From contig CAVWIP010000015.1 of the NCBI GenBank assembly GCA_963755125.1, positions 160,001 through 224,000 on the forward strand: a DNA stretch of 64,000 bases, in the 5' to 3' direction. The stretch is from an uncultured delta proteobacterium (lineage in GTDB: Bacteria; Myxococcota_A; Polyangia; Fen-1088). This document shows positions 18,449 through 29,232 of the stretch, piece after piece; position 1 is the stretch's first letter, and the number at the start of each line of letters is the position of its first letter. The translations under genes were made by a program, and so were the position numbers. The notes under the pieces are model-generated. The model was not told where the DNA came from and made no database searches. It worked only from the letters and a program-made list of their open reading frames with translations.

Positions 18449-19537
18449 ATGACCGATCCGGCTCGGATTCGCGTTGCCGTGGACGCGATGGGGGCCGAGG
18501 GCGCTCCGTGCGTCGAGGTCGAGGGCGCCTTGAGTGCCCTGACCGGTCCTGCAATCGACATCGTGCTGGTCGGCGACCAGGAGCGCGTGCGCCGTGTGCT
18601 CGACGAGATGAGCCCGGGAGTCCCAGCAGAGCGTATCCAGGTTCGTCATGCCGCTGAGGTGGTGGCCATGGACGAGGCGCCCGCCGTCGCCATTCGTCAG
18701 AAGAAGGCGTCGTCGATGCGCATCTGCTTCGAGATGGCCAAGCAGGGCGAAGTGGACGCCGTGGTCTCGGCGGGCAACTCCGGCGCGATGATGGCCGGGG
18801 CATTATTGGTGTTGGGGCGGATAGCCGGGGTGGAACGGCCTGCCATCGTGACCACGTTTCCCACCCAGACCGGCCAATGCGCGTTGCTCGACATGGGGGC
18901 GAACGTGGATCTGCGACCGACCGTGCTGGCGCAGTTCTCGGTGCTCGGTTCGGGATATGCGCGCCTGCTGCACAAGAAGGAGCGTCCCCGCGTGGGCTTG
19001 CTGTCCAACGGCGCCGAGGGGCACAAAGGCACGGCGCTCACGCGCGAGGCGCATCAGTTGCTCACGCGGGCAGGAACATCGGGACGGACAGCCGGCTTCG
19101 ACTATCTCGGCTACGTCGAGGGACGGGACATTTTTCGAGGCCAGGTCGATGTGGTAGTCACGGACGGTTTCACCGGGAATGTCCTGCTCAAGAGCTGCGA
19201 AGGTCTGGTGGAGTGGCTGACCCAGGCCATCCGCGACGAGGTCGAGCAGGGGAGCGTGCTGGAAAAACTGGGCGCCTTCCTGATGCGGCCGGCATTGCGC
19301 CGGTTTCGCCGACGCAGCGACTACGCGGAGACCGGCGGCGCGCCGTTGGTGGGAGTGGACGGGGTCGTGCTCATCTGTCACGGCTCTTCGGACGCACGCT
19401 CCATCAAAAACGGCGTGCTGGCAGCCAGCGAATTGGTTCGCGCTCGGTTTCGCGAAGAAATGGCGCGGGCAGTGACCGAGCACGCCTATCTGTGGCGCGA
19501 GGACGTGCCTGCGGACGGCGCAGGAGGATCCGCGTGA
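18449..19537 (+). CDS. plsX: Phosphate acyltransferase PlsX
   Basis: VAVDAMG, SAGNSGA, LDMGAN, DGFTGN, HGSS. Confidence 0.96.
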   Translation: MTDPARIRVAVDAMGAEGAPCVEVEGALSALTGPAIDIVLVGDQERVRRVLDEMSPGVPAERIQVRHAAEVVAMDEAPAVAIRQKKASSMRICFEMAKQGEVDAVVSAGNSGAMMAGALLVLGRIAGVERPAIVTTFPTQTGQCALLDMGANVDLRPTVLAQFSVLGSGYARLLHKKERPRVGLLSNGAEGHKGTALTREAHQLLTRAGTSGRTAGFDYLGYVEGRDIFRGQVDVVVTDGFTGNVLLKSCEGLVEWLTQAIRDEVEQGSVLEKLGAFLMRPALRRFRRRSDYAETGGAPLVGVDGVVLICHGSSDARSIKNGVLAASELVRARFREEMARAVTEHAYLWREDVPADGAGGSA

Positions 19538-20373
19538 GCGACAAACGAGATGGGAACCCTGAAAGGGTTTCCAAGCCCTCCCGCGATGGTACGCCGCCCG
19601 CAAAGCCGGCGGGCTCCCCACGCGAATCAGATGGAAAATTGCAGGGCAAGGTGGCCGTGGTCACCGGAGCCTCGCGCGGGATCGGTCGCGCCGTCGCGCT
19701 GGCGCTGGCCGCGCAGGGAGCCCGGGTGGTGATGAATTACCTGCACAATCAGGCGGCCGCGGCCGAAGCCGCTGCAGCGGTGGGCAGCGCCGGTGTGCTG
19801 GTGCCCTTCGACGTGGCCGACGCGGAAGCGGTCGACCGGGCGTTCAAGCAGATAGTTTCGGCTGAAGGCGGGGTTCATATCTTGGTGAACAATGCAGGCG
19901 TGGCGGTCAACGCCCTGACCCTGGGGGCCAAGGATGCCGACTGGCAACGCGCGCTCGCGGTCAACCTGGGCGGGGCGTTCAACTGCACCCGCGCGGCGCT
20001 ACGCTCGCTCATGCGCGCTCCTGGTGGCGGCCGCATCGTCAACATCGCCTCGGTGGTGGGCGAGACGGGCTCGGCCGGGCAGGGTCCATACGCGGCGGCC
20101 AAGGCGGGACTGCTGGGTCTGACCAAGACCTGGGCGCGCGAATATGCCTCGCGCGGGGTCACGGTGAACGCGGTATCGCCGGGCTTCATCGAGACCGACA
20201 TGACGGCAGCGGGGCTTCCGCCCGAGCGGCGCGCCGAGATTCTCAAGTCGATTCCTCTGGGCTGTGTCGGAACACCCGAAGATGTGGCTGCGGCGGTGGT
20301 ATACCTGGCCAGTCCGGGGGCCGGATATGTCACTGGGCAGGTGCTACGAGTCAACGGCGGACTTTTGATGTAA
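19534..20373 (+). CDS. fabG: 3-oxoacyl-ACP reductase with repeat-derived N-terminal extension
   Basis: [20 protein letters not shown] with AGGAGG SD overlapping the plsX stop. Confidence 0.93.
   Translation: MSDKRDGNPERVSKPSRDGTPPAKPAGSPRESDGKLQGKVAVVTGASRGIGRAVALALAAQGARVVMNYLHNQAAAAEAAAAVGSAGVLVPFDVADAEAVDRAFKQIVSAEGGVHILVNNAGVAVNALTLGAKDADWQRALAVNLGGAFNCTRAALRSLMRAPGGGRIVNIASVVGETGSAGQGPYAAAKAGLLGLTKTWAREYASRGVTVNAVSPGFIETDMTAAGLPPERRAEILKSIPLGCVGTPEDVAAAVVYLASPGAGYVTGQVLRVNGGLLM
19550..19624 (+). repeat. Palindromic repeat, copy A (75 nt), inside the fabG 5' coding region
   Basis: Three blocks (19/20, 22/25, 24/25 identical) match the minus strand of 50449-50589; hairpin TGGGAACCCT-GAA-AGGGTTTCCA. 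Confidence 0.85.
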
Positions 20374-20422
20374 CGTATGCCCCTGCAAGGCGCTTGTGCG
20401 CACAAGGAGAAGGACGCGAACC

Positions 20423-20665
20423 ATGGCAGAGAACCTGGAAGAAAAAGTCATGAAGATCATAGTCGAGCAGCTCGAGGTCCCGGCCGACAAGGTGACCATG
20501 GGCGCGTCGTTTTCCGACGATCTGAAGGCGGACTCGATTGACCGTCTCGAGATGGTGGTGGTGCTGGAAGAGGCCTTCAAGATCGAGATTCCCGACGAGG
20601 ATGCCGAGAAGATCAAGACTGTCGGGGACGCCGTCAACTACGTCAAGGGGCGCGTGAAGCAGTAG
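20423..20665 (+). CDS. acpP: Acyl carrier protein
   Basis: DLKADSID...[21 protein letters not shown]. Confidence 0.96.
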   Translation: MAENLEEKVMKIIVEQLEVPADKVTMGASFSDDLKADSIDRLEMVVVLEEAFKIEIPDEDAEKIKTVGDAVNYVKGRVKQ

Positions 20666-20671
20666 GCTGGC

Positions 20672-20836
20672 CTAGTGCCTCCGGTCAGAATCTCCGCCAC
20701 GTTTGGGCGGCCGATCCATCCCGGCCGGCTGCGTTGCTCCTCGGTTACATACGTCGAGTATGCGCCCTCGTCGCGCCTTGCCGTCCGGGCGGCTCGTCCA
20801 CCGAAACATGGCCGCTCTCCTGACCGGAGGCACTAG
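20672..20836. mobile_element. MITE-like palindromic element (165 bp) between acpP and fabF
   Basis: Perfect 17-bp terminal IR CTAGTGCCTCCGGTCAG / CTGACCGGAGGCACTAG with nested imperfect IRs; no coding capacity. Confidence 0.8.
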
Positions 20837-20839
20837 CCG

Positions 20840-22090
20840 ATGCTGCGCAAAGTTGCCGTCACCGGCGTGGGGTTGGTCACGCCGGTCGGCATCGGCACAG
20901 AGGAAACCTGGCAAGCGCTCCTGGCGGGACGTTCTGGCATCGCGCCCATCACACGCTTCGATGCGAGCAGCTTTTCCACTCGCATCGCAGGCGAGGTGAA
21001 GGACTTTGACCCTGCCCGCTGGATTGGCGCGCGCGAGGTTCGCACCACAGCCGCCGATCTCTTCATCCAGTACGCCCTGGCTGCCGGGGCCCTGGCCATG
21101 AGCGACGCGGGGCTGACCATCGAGGGCGAGCTGTGCGAGCGAGCGGGCTGCTTCGTCGGCTCGGGCATGGGCGGTCTCGGCACCATCGAGGCCACGCACA
21201 AGACCTTTTTGGAAAAGGGGCCACGCCATGGCATCTCGCCCTTTTTCGCCACCCAGCTCATCATCAATCTGGCGGCGGGGCATCTGGCCATGAAGTACAA
21301 CGCCAAGGGTCCGAGCTACGCTCAGGTGTCGGCCTGTGCCAGCGGCGCTCACGCTATCGGCGACGCGTACCGCGCCATCCAGCGCGACGAGGTGGACGTG
21401 ATGATCTGCGGGGGCACCGAGTCCGTGGTCACACCGCTCGGGGTGGGTGGGTTCTGCGCCATGCGCGCTCTGTCCACGCGCAACCACGCGCCTGCCGAGG
21501 CGTCCCGGCCATTTGACCTGGAACGCGACGGCTTTCTCATGGGCGAGGGCGCGGGCATCGTGATTCTGGAGGAGATGGAGCACGCGAAGAAACGCAGGGC
21601 GAAGCTGTACGCCGAATTGAGCGGGTACGGCGCCAACGCCGACGCCTTTCACGTGACCGCGCCGGCGCCCGATGGCGAGGGCGCCCAGCGTTGCATGCGC
21701 TTGGCCCTCAAAGATGCAGGCCTTGCTCCCTCGGACATCGGCTACATCAACGCGCACGGGACCTCGACCAAGTTGAACGACGCCAGCGAGACAGTGGCCA
21801 TCAAGAAGGTGTTCGGCGACCACTCGCGCCGGTTGATGGTGAGTTCGACCAAATCCATGACCGGGCACCTGCTGGGCGCGGCAGGCGGGATCGAGGCGGC
21901 GTTCTGCGCGCTCGCCCTGGCGCGCGGCCAGGTGCCACCGACCATCAACTACACCACGCCCGATCCCGCGTGCGATCTCGACTACGTGCCGAATACCGCC
22001 CGCGGCGCTCGCCTGCGCCACGCCATGAGCAACAGCTTTGGCTTTGGTGGCACCAATGCCTGTCTGGTATTCAGCGCGATCGGGGGCTGA
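20840..22090 (+). CDS. fabF: Beta-ketoacyl-ACP synthase II
   Basis: [30 protein letters not shown]. Confidence 0.97.
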   Translation: MLRKVAVTGVGLVTPVGIGTEETWQALLAGRSGIAPITRFDASSFSTRIAGEVKDFDPARWIGAREVRTTAADLFIQYALAAGALAMSDAGLTIEGELCERAGCFVGSGMGGLGTIEATHKTFLEKGPRHGISPFFATQLIINLAAGHLAMKYNAKGPSYAQVSACASGAHAIGDAYRAIQRDEVDVMICGGTESVVTPLGVGGFCAMRALSTRNHAPAEASRPFDLERDGFLMGEGAGIVILEEMEHAKKRRAKLYAELSGYGANADAFHVTAPAPDGEGAQRCMRLALKDAGLAPSDIGYINAHGTSTKLNDASETVAIKKVFGDHSRRLMVSSTKSMTGHLLGAAGGIEAAFCALALARGQVPPTINYTTPDPACDLDYVPNTARGARLRHAMSNSFGFGGTNACLVFSAIGG

Positions 22091-22191
22091 CCGGTTGTGT
22101 GCATGCGTCACGAAGGGCGGCAGCCGCTCCGCTGAAACGCAATTGAAACTCGGCGCCCAGCACTCCATCGCGATACAATCCTTTCGTCTTC

Positions 22192-23997
22192 ATGTCATCT
22201 GACATCTGCCCGCGCTGTGGCAAGCCAGCCCATGGCGCGAACTTCGAGTTCGACTGCCCCCAAGGGACGACCGATCCCGGGGCAGCACCCGCGGTTGTCG
22301 CGGCAGCGGCCCCACCGATGCCCAGCAGGCCTTCCGAGTCTTTCCGCGCGGTGGAGGCGACCCCCATCACCCGACTGCAGCCCGGCACCCTGGTGGGCGA
22401 GTACCAGATCTCGGACCGCATCGCCGAAGGCGGGATGGGCACGGTGTACAGCGCAGTCCATCCCATCATCGGCAAGAAGGTGGCAATCAAGATCTTGTCG
22501 GGCAGGCTGGCCAAGAACAGCAACGCCATCCGGCGTTTCGTGCTCGAAGCCCGCGCGGTGAACGACATCCGGCACGCGGGGCTGGTTGACATCTTCTCCT
22601 TCGGCCGGCTCACCGATGGGCGACCGTACTACGTCATGGAATTCCTCGACGGACGGAGCCTGGGCGCGGTGTTGCGCATGCACCGGCGGCTCACGCCCTT
22701 TGACACCTACCCTGTGTTCATGGACGTAGGGCGGGTGCTGGTCGCCGTTCACCACCACGGCATCGTTCATCGCGATCTCAAGCCCGACAACGTCATCCTG
22801 ATCCCTCAGGGCGCCGACCGGCCGCCCAAGGTGAAGCTGGTGGATTTTGGTCTGGCCAAGCTGCTGGTCGGGGATCCGAGCCAAGCGGCGAGCGGGCCGC
22901 ATACCGCCATCGGCGTGAACGTTGGAACGCCGCACTACATGTCGCCGGAACAGTGTCGCGGCGGCAATGTCGATGCGCGCTCCGACCTATACGCCCTGGG
23001 AGTGATGTTCTACGAGACGGTTACGGGCCAGCTGCCCATCGATGGGCCGACGCCGGTTGACATCTGGCAGGCCCATGTCGAGGTGGTTCCCCGGCCACCA
23101 GAACTGGTTGCCCCCGGCCTGGTGAGCCCCGAGCTCGGCGCTCTCATCATGAAGTTGCTGGCCAAGCGCCCCGAGCGCCGGCCGCAGAATGCGGCGGAGT
23201 TCTGCAGTGCCCTCGAAGCCCTGGCCAAGGCAGGCAAGCTGGGCAGCCAGGTGGCGCCCACGATCGATGATCAGGCCGCAGCCAAGATGCTGGATCTGGC
23301 GCGCGCGCTGTCGACCACTCCGGTGTCCGCCGATCTCGTGCGCATTGATGGCGCACCCGCCACGCCACCGGTCACGCCGCCGACCGCCGCTACGCAGCCG
23401 GCCACGCCACCGACTGCTGCCCCGCCGCCGTTCGTGCCGCCGACCGCTGCCCCGCCGGCACCGGCCCAGCCCCTCGCTCCCTCCGCAGAGGCTCTGCGGG
23501 CTCCGGTTTCTCCGGCGGTCCCCGAGGATCTTGCGACCACCATGCGGGACTTCCCGGCCTTCACGTCGTCCGATGAAGGCCGGAGGTCGGCGGAGCGATC
23601 GGAGGAAGTCGCGGGATTGCGGGCCGCCCTCGGCCTGCATATCGAACAGCCGGCTTTCGAGGTGAACGATCCTTTCCAGGTGAGCGCCCTGGTCGTCAAC
23701 CTGGAGCGAGGGGAGACAGATGCCGATACGTCCGGTCCCGCGAGCGAAGGCAAGGCCGGGCCGCGCGATGGAATGCTACAGGACGGCACGCCGCGAGTTC
23801 GTCGCCTGGCGCATCCCATCGAGGAGCGGCAGTTCGTGCCGCGGCTCGCGGCGCCCACGCGACGGACGAGCAGGGCGAATCCGGTGCAGCCGAACCTAGC
23901 CAGGGCTCCGGCGCGATTCGGCCGCGGTGCCCGCGGAGTGGTGGCGGCGCTCCTGCTCCTAGGCGCAGCCGCGGTGGCCTACTTGCTGCTCCACTAG
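22192..23997 (+). CDS. Hanks-type Ser/Thr protein kinase with Pro-rich linker and C-terminal TM
   Basis: GGMGTVY, VAIK, HRDLKPDN, DFG, GTPHYMSPE. Confidence 0.95.
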   Translation: MSSDICPRCGKPAHGANFEFDCPQGTTDPGAAPAVVAAAAPPMPSRPSESFRAVEATPITRLQPGTLVGEYQISDRIAEGGMGTVYSAVHPIIGKKVAIKILSGRLAKNSNAIRRFVLEARAVNDIRHAGLVDIFSFGRLTDGRPYYVMEFLDGRSLGAVLRMHRRLTPFDTYPVFMDVGRVLVAVHHHGIVHRDLKPDNVILIPQGADRPPKVKLVDFGLAKLLVGDPSQAASGPHTAIGVNVGTPHYMSPEQCRGGNVDARSDLYALGVMFYETVTGQLPIDGPTPVDIWQAHVEVVPRPPELVAPGLVSPELGALIMKLLAKRPERRPQNAAEFCSALEALAKAGKLGSQVAPTIDDQAAAKMLDLARALSTTPVSADLVRIDGAPATPPVTPPTAATQPATPPTAAPPPFVPPTAAPPAPAQPLAPSAEALRAPVSPAVPEDLATTMRDFPAFTSSDEGRRSAERSEEVAGLRAALGLHIEQPAFEVNDPFQVSALVVNLERGETDADTSGPASEGKAGPRDGMLQDGTPRVRRLAHPIEERQFVPRLAAPTRRTSRANPVQPNLARAPARFGRGARGVVAALLLLGAAAVAYLLLH

Positions 23998-25367
23998 CCC
24001 ATCTCCTTTTCGATCGCGTCGGCTCCCTTGCGAATGGCAGCGGTGAGCACCTCGTGGCCGTCGCTGGTGACTAGCACGTCGTCCTCGATGCGAATGCCAC
24101 GGACATCGGCAAAGGCGGCCAGCCGATCGCGCCGCAGGCGATCGCCGGCCAGGGCCGTGCGCGCAGGATCGTCGAGAATGGCGGGGACCAGGTACAAACC
24201 GGGTTCGATGGTGATCGCCATGCCGGCGCAGAGATCGCGGTCGAGTCGCAGCGTGCGCAGGCCTGGCTCGGTGGAACGGGTGCGGCCGGCCGCATAGGTG
24301 GCGCGATCGCCCAGGTCTTCCAAATCGTGTACGTCCAACCCGATGAGGTGGCCCAGCCCGTGCGGGAAGAAGAGAGCCACCACGCCGTCGGCCACCAGTT
24401 CTGCCGGATCGCCGCGCAGGACCCCCAGGTTGACCAGACCTTCGGCGATGAGTCGGCCGGCCAGAAAGTGCAGCTCGCGGAAGGGCACACCCGGCCGCAC
24501 CGCTGCAATCACGCTCTGCTGGGCGTGCAGGACTATCTGATAGAAGTCCCGTTGCGTGGCCGAAAAGCGTCCGTTCACCGGCCAGGTGCGCGTGACGTCG
24601 CCCGCCCAGCCGTCGGCGGTTTCCGCGCCCACGTCGACCAGCAAGAGATCGCCGGACTTCAACTCGTGGTGGTATTCCTCGTTGTGCAGAACCTCGCCGT
24701 GAACCGTGACGATGGAGTTGTAGGACGCGCCCATGTTGCGGCGGATGAACTCCGCTTCCATCGCCGCGCGCACCACGCTCTCGTTGATGCCAGGACGGAC
24801 CGCGCGGATTCCCGCGTGAAAGGCAGCCGCGGTGGCGTCGGCAGCCCTGCGCAGGGCCGCGATGGCCGTGTGGTCATGGACTAGGCGCATCTCGATGATC
24901 GCGTCGGCCAGTGGATGGTCGAGCGCATCCAGCTTGCCGTAGACGATGGGCCTGCCCAGCAATTCCGACTGCTCGGCGCGGGTTTCCTGATCCAGAGCAG
25001 GCAATGTGGCCACCGTCCTGCCCGCCACGGCCTCGGCCAGCGCGGGCCGCAGCTCGACCGGGCAAGCCAGCGCTAGGCTCAGATCGGCCGGCCCCGGAGC
25101 ATGCCCGTGCCACAAAGCAAAGTCGGGCCCCGGCTCGGGGAGAAACAGCACCCAGCGCCCGCCCGTCCACAGACCAAAGGCGCGGGGCAGGTGCAGGCCA
25201 AACAGATAGAGAAAGTGGCTGGCCGCGCGGAAATAGTAGGCATTGCCGGCCGAGGTGCGTGGTCGCGGCGCGCCGGCGGCAATCAGCGCGGGCTGCGCTC
25301 CCAGTTTCATGGCCAGCCGCGACCGTCGCGCGGCACAGGCCCGTCCGTCGAAATCGCTGAGTTTCAT
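23994..25367 (-). CDS. pepP: Xaa-Pro aminopeptidase (M24B)
   Basis: DVGAE, DVTRT, HGLGH.IGLDVHD, TIEPG, GIRIEDD. Confidence 0.93.
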   Translation of the reverse strand: MKLSDFDGRACAARRSRLAMKLGAQPALIAAGAPRPRTSAGNAYYFRAASHFLYLFGLHLPRAFGLWTGGRWVLFLPEPGPDFALWHGHAPGPADLSLALACPVELRPALAEAVAGRTVATLPALDQETRAEQSELLGRPIVYGKLDALDHPLADAIIEMRLVHDHTAIAALRRAADATAAAFHAGIRAVRPGINESVVRAAMEAEFIRRNMGASYNSIVTVHGEVLHNEEYHHELKSGDLLLVDVGAETADGWAGDVTRTWPVNGRFSATQRDFYQIVLHAQQSVIAAVRPGVPFRELHFLAGRLIAEGLVNLGVLRGDPAELVADGVVALFFPHGLGHLIGLDVHDLEDLGDRATYAAGRTRSTEPGLRTLRLDRDLCAGMAITIEPGLYLVPAILDDPARTALAGDRLRRDRLAAFADVRGIRIEDDVLVTSDGHEVLTAAIRKGADAIEKEMG

Positions 25368-25560
25368 GGGAGGAAAAGTATACGTCGCGATTCGAGAGGC
25401 AACCGGGCCGGAATTTCACGGAGCGCACGCGACCCCAGCCGCTGCGCCGCCTCCTGACTCGTGACAACGCATTCGCACCTGTTTGCCGGGTGAGGCATCC
25501 AAATCCAGGAACTCGCACCTGGGCGCCGGTGGATATCCACACGGACATGGAGGAAGTCTG

Positions 25561-26055
25561 ATGACCAGTATGCGCCAGATCAGCCCCTGCCTCTGGTTTG
25601 ACAGCCAGGCCGAGGAAGCCGCGAAGTTCTACGTTTCCGTGTTTGAGAACTCGGTCATCGACCACATCTCGCGCTATGGGAAGGAAGGGTTCGAGGTCCA
25701 CGGTCGACCCGATGGCTCCGTGATGACCGTGACCTTCCGGCTCGCGGGGCACGAGTTCACCGCTCTCAACGGCGGCCCACTTTTCAAGTTCAGCGAGGCG
25801 ATCTCGTTCCAGGTCTTCTGTGACACGCAGGACGAAATCGACACTTTCTCCGATAAGCTGGGCCGGGATGGTGAGCAGGGCCCGTGCGGCTGGCTGAAGG
25901 ACCGATTCGGCCTGTCGTGGCAGATCGTCCCCTCGGTCCTCAGCCAGATGCTGCGCGATCCTGACCCGCAGAAAGCCCAGAGGGTCTTCAGGGCAATGAT
26001 GCAGATGAAGCGCCTGGATATCGCCGCGCTCCGGCGTGCCTACGAGGGGAAGTAG
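25561..26055 (+). CDS. VOC/PhnB-like protein
   Basis: PCLWFD.QAEEAA.FY, LNGGP, CGWLKDRFGLSWQI. Confidence 0.92.
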   Translation: MTSMRQISPCLWFDSQAEEAAKFYVSVFENSVIDHISRYGKEGFEVHGRPDGSVMTVTFRLAGHEFTALNGGPLFKFSEAISFQVFCDTQDEIDTFSDKLGRDGEQGPCGWLKDRFGLSWQIVPSVLSQMLRDPDPQKAQRVFRAMMQMKRLDIAALRRAYEGK

Positions 26056-26181
26056 CTGCGAGTTGCTCGCCGAGTGCGGGGCCGATGAAAGATCTCGACC
26101 GCCCGGCCACCGTCACGACCCTCCAAGACCTGTCCTTGCCAGCTGGTTTCGCGGCCAGATCGTGACAAGCTACAATAGTCC

Positions 26182-26502
26182 ATGCCCAAGCAGGAACTCG
26201 ACCGGGAACGCGATCTTGCGACGCTGGATCAGGCGCGCGTCGAGCGGCCGCGCCTGTATGAGGTCGTGCTTCACAACGACGACTACACGACGCAGGAGTT
26301 CGTGGTGTACGTGCTGATGAAGTTCTTCCAGCACGACGCCGCGACCGCCCAGCAGATCATGTTGAACGTGCACACCAAGGGCGTGGGCGTGGCCGGGGTC
26401 TACCCGCGCGACATCGCCGAGACCAAGGCGGCCCAGGTCGTTCGCTATGCCCGCGACAACGAGATGCCGCTGCGCTGTTCGGTGCAAAGGCAATCATGCT
26501 AG
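26182..26502 (+). CDS. clpS: Clp protease adaptor ClpS
   Basis: YEVVLHNDDYTTQEFVV...AETK...PL. Confidence 0.97.
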   Translation: MPKQELDRERDLATLDQARVERPRLYEVVLHNDDYTTQEFVVYVLMKFFQHDAATAQQIMLNVHTKGVGVAGVYPRDIAETKAAQVVRYARDNEMPLRCSVQRQSC

Positions 26503-28880
26503 GTCCGGAACTGGAACAGGCGATTCGCAAGGCGCTGGAGGATGCCACCCGTCGGCGCCACGAGTTTTCCGGGCTCGAACACCTGCTGCTGGCCCTGCTC
26601 GACGACAAGAAGACCACCGAGGTCATTCGACAGTGCGGAGGCAAGCCGGCGCGCGTGCGCGCCAAGCTGGAGGAGTTTCTGGAAGGCGCGCTGCCCAGTC
26701 TGCCCGCCGACGAAGAGGCGCGCAGCGCAGGCGATGAGGAAGGAGAGTTACGGGCTCAACCTACCCTGGGATTCGCGCGCGTAATCCAGCGCGCGATCAA
26801 CCAGCTTTTCGGCGCCGGGCGCTCCGAGGTTCACGGCCCGCATGTGCTGGTCGCCCTGTACAGCGAGCCCGACTCGCACGCCGTCCACTTTCTCAAGGAG
26901 GAAGGCATCAGCCGACTGGACATCGTCACCGCCATCTCGCACGGAGCCCCCAAGATCCTGCCCGAGCACGGCAGCCGGCCGGCAGGGGCGCTGCCCGAGG
27001 CCGAGCCAGACGAGGAATCCGAGGCACAGGCCGGCAAGGATCCGCTGGAGAGTTTTGCTGTCAACCTGAACGAACGCGCGCGCCGGGGGCTCATCGATCC
27101 TCTGGTCGGACGACAGGCGGAACTGGATCGGGCGCTGCACGTGCTGGCGCGTCGGCGCAAGAACAATCCGCTGTTCGTGGGCGACGCAGGCGTGGGCAAG
27201 ACCGCCATCGTCGAGGGACTGGCGGTGCGCATCGAGGCCGGCGAGGTGCCGCCGGCCCTGCGTGGCGTGGAGATCTTCGCCTTGGACATGGGCTCGCTGG
27301 TGGCGGGCACGCGCTACCGCGGCGATTTCGAGGAGCGTTTCAAGGCGGTGCTGCGCGCGGCTGAGGCCAAGGGCAACGCCGTCCTCTTCATCGACGAGCT
27401 GCACACCATCGTGGGCGCGGGCGCGGCCTCGGGCGGCACCATGGACGCGTCCAATCTGCTGAAGCCGCCCCTGTCGGCCGGGCTCATTCGCTGCATTGGC
27501 ACGACAACACACAAAGAGCTGCGCGGCTACATCGAGAAAGACCGGGCTTTGGCCCGTCGGTTCCAACCCATCGAGGTGTCCGAGTTGAGCGTGGACGACA
27601 CCATGAAGGTGTTGCAAGGTCTGCGCAAGCACTACGAGAAGTTTCACGGCGTGCACTACACCGATCGCGCTTTGCGCGTGGCTGCCGAGCTGTCCGATCG
27701 GCACCTGGCCGACCGCAAGCTGCCCGACAAGGCCATCGACCTCATCGACGAGGCGGGCGCGATCTTGAAGCTGCGCGCGGGCGGCGGCCTGGCACCGGCT
27801 GCCGGAAAGGACGAGGCGCAAGCGCCGTCCGAGCGACTGACCGTGCGTGCACGCGACATCGAGGCCGTGGTATCGACCATGGCGCGCATTCCCGCGCGGC
27901 GGGTGGGGACCGACGACCGCGAACGCCTGCGCAATCTGGAGACCGAGATCAAGGACAAGGTCTTCGGCCAGGACCAGGCGGTGGAGCGCGTGTGCCAGGC
28001 CATCCGCACCAACCGCGCCGGCCTGGGCACCGCTGATCGACCCATCGGATGCTTTCTGTTTGCCGGTCCCACTGGGGTGGGCAAGACCGAACTGGCCAAG
28101 CAACTGGCGGAGGTGCTGGGCGTGGCGTTCTTGCGCTACGACATGTCGGAGTACATGGAGCGGCACACGGTGTCGCGACTGATCGGCGCGCCGCCTGGAT
28201 ATGTCGGGTTCGATCAGGGCGGTTTGCTCACCGATGCGGTCCACAAAACGCCACACGCGGTGCTCTTGCTCGACGAGATCGAGAAGGCCCACCCGGATCT
28301 GTTCAACATCTTGTTGCAGGTGATGGACCACGGCGCGCTCACCGACAACAACGGTCGCACCTCGGACTTCCGCCACATCATCCTCATCATGACCAGCAAC
28401 GTGGGCGCGCGCGATCTGTCGCGGCGGATGCCGGGGTTCGGCGCGGGCGAGCGCTTCGGCGACGCCGACGAGGCTTTCAAGCGCGTGTTCTCGCCCGAGT
28501 TCCGCAATCGCCTGGATGCCAAGGTGGACTTCGCGCCGCTGGGTGAGCGCGAGATGTTGCTCATCGTCGACAAGTTCGTGGCCGAACTGGGCAAGCAACT
28601 CGGCGAGCGCGAGGTCACGGTGACGCTCAGCCCCGCGGCGCGGGAACGCTTGGCCAAGAAAGGCTACGACCCGATGAACGGCGCGCGGCCTCTGGCCAGA
28701 GTCATGCAAGACGAGGTGAAGCGTCCCCTGACCGACGAGTTGCTCTTCGGCGCGCTGGCCTCAGGCGGGAGCGTGGCCGTCGACGTTGCCGACGACAAGT
28801 TGACCTTCGCGTTCGCCAAGGCCGTGGTCGCGGACAAGCCACCGGATGGTGCTGCTCAGGAGGACGACGACGATGAGTGA
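26496..28880 (+). CDS. clpA: Clp protease ATPase ClpA
   Basis: Two AAA modules (GDAGVGKT, GPTGVGKT), no ClpB middle domain, follows clpS. Confidence 0.96.
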   Translation: MLGPELEQAIRKALEDATRRRHEFSGLEHLLLALLDDKKTTEVIRQCGGKPARVRAKLEEFLEGALPSLPADEEARSAGDEEGELRAQPTLGFARVIQRAINQLFGAGRSEVHGPHVLVALYSEPDSHAVHFLKEEGISRLDIVTAISHGAPKILPEHGSRPAGALPEAEPDEESEAQAGKDPLESFAVNLNERARRGLIDPLVGRQAELDRALHVLARRRKNNPLFVGDAGVGKTAIVEGLAVRIEAGEVPPALRGVEIFALDMGSLVAGTRYRGDFEERFKAVLRAAEAKGNAVLFIDELHTIVGAGAASGGTMDASNLLKPPLSAGLIRCIGTTTHKELRGYIEKDRALARRFQPIEVSELSVDDTMKVLQGLRKHYEKFHGVHYTDRALRVAAELSDRHLADRKLPDKAIDLIDEAGAILKLRAGGGLAPAAGKDEAQAPSERLTVRARDIEAVVSTMARIPARRVGTDDRERLRNLETEIKDKVFGQDQAVERVCQAIRTNRAGLGTADRPIGCFLFAGPTGVGKTELAKQLAEVLGVAFLRYDMSEYMERHTVSRLIGAPPGYVGFDQGGLLTDAVHKTPHAVLLLDEIEKAHPDLFNILLQVMDHGALTDNNGRTSDFRHIILIMTSNVGARDLSRRMPGFGAGERFGDADEAFKRVFSPEFRNRLDAKVDFAPLGEREMLLIVDKFVAELGKQLGEREVTVTLSPAARERLAKKGYDPMNGARPLARVMQDEVKRPLTDELLFGALASGGSVAVDVADDKLTFAFAKAVVADKPPDGAAQEDDDDE

Positions 28881-29232
28881 CAAGCACCACCTGGATCTCG
28901 TCACCGGCGCCATGCCGCCTGCACAGGCCGTGGCCTTCGTGGATCTGGTCGCCTATCAGCCGGGCGCCGTGGTGAGCCGCACGCTGGTCAAGAAGAACGC
29001 CGGCACAGTCACGCTGTTTGCGTTCGACGTGGGGCAGGGACTGTCCGAGCACACCGCACCCTTCGACGCCATCGCCGAGATCCTGGACGGCGAGACCGAG
29101 CTGACCATCGGCGGAAAGAAGGTCGTCGCCCGCGCCGGGCAGGCCGTGCTCATGCCAGCCAACATTCCCCACGCGCTGCGCGCCATCACCCCGTTCAAAA
29201 TGCTGCTGGTGATGGTGCGCGAGGCGGGGTAG
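28873..29232 (+). CDS. Cupin domain protein
   Basis: TLFAFD.GQGLSEHTAPFDA...MPANIPHAL. Confidence 0.92.
   Translation: MSDKHHLDLVTGAMPPAQAVAFVDLVAYQPGAVVSRTLVKKNAGTVTLFAFDVGQGLSEHTAPFDAIAEILDGETELTIGGKKVVARAGQAVLMPANIPHALRAITPFKMLLVMVREAG

Noticed and set aside
23357..23470. CCGCCGACCG-type repeats in the kinase
   Set aside because: Ordinary Pro/Thr/Ala low-complexity linker.
26748..28709. Long antisense ORFs over clpA (also over fabF, thiC and the cyclase)
   Set aside because: Expected shadow frames in high-GC coding DNA.
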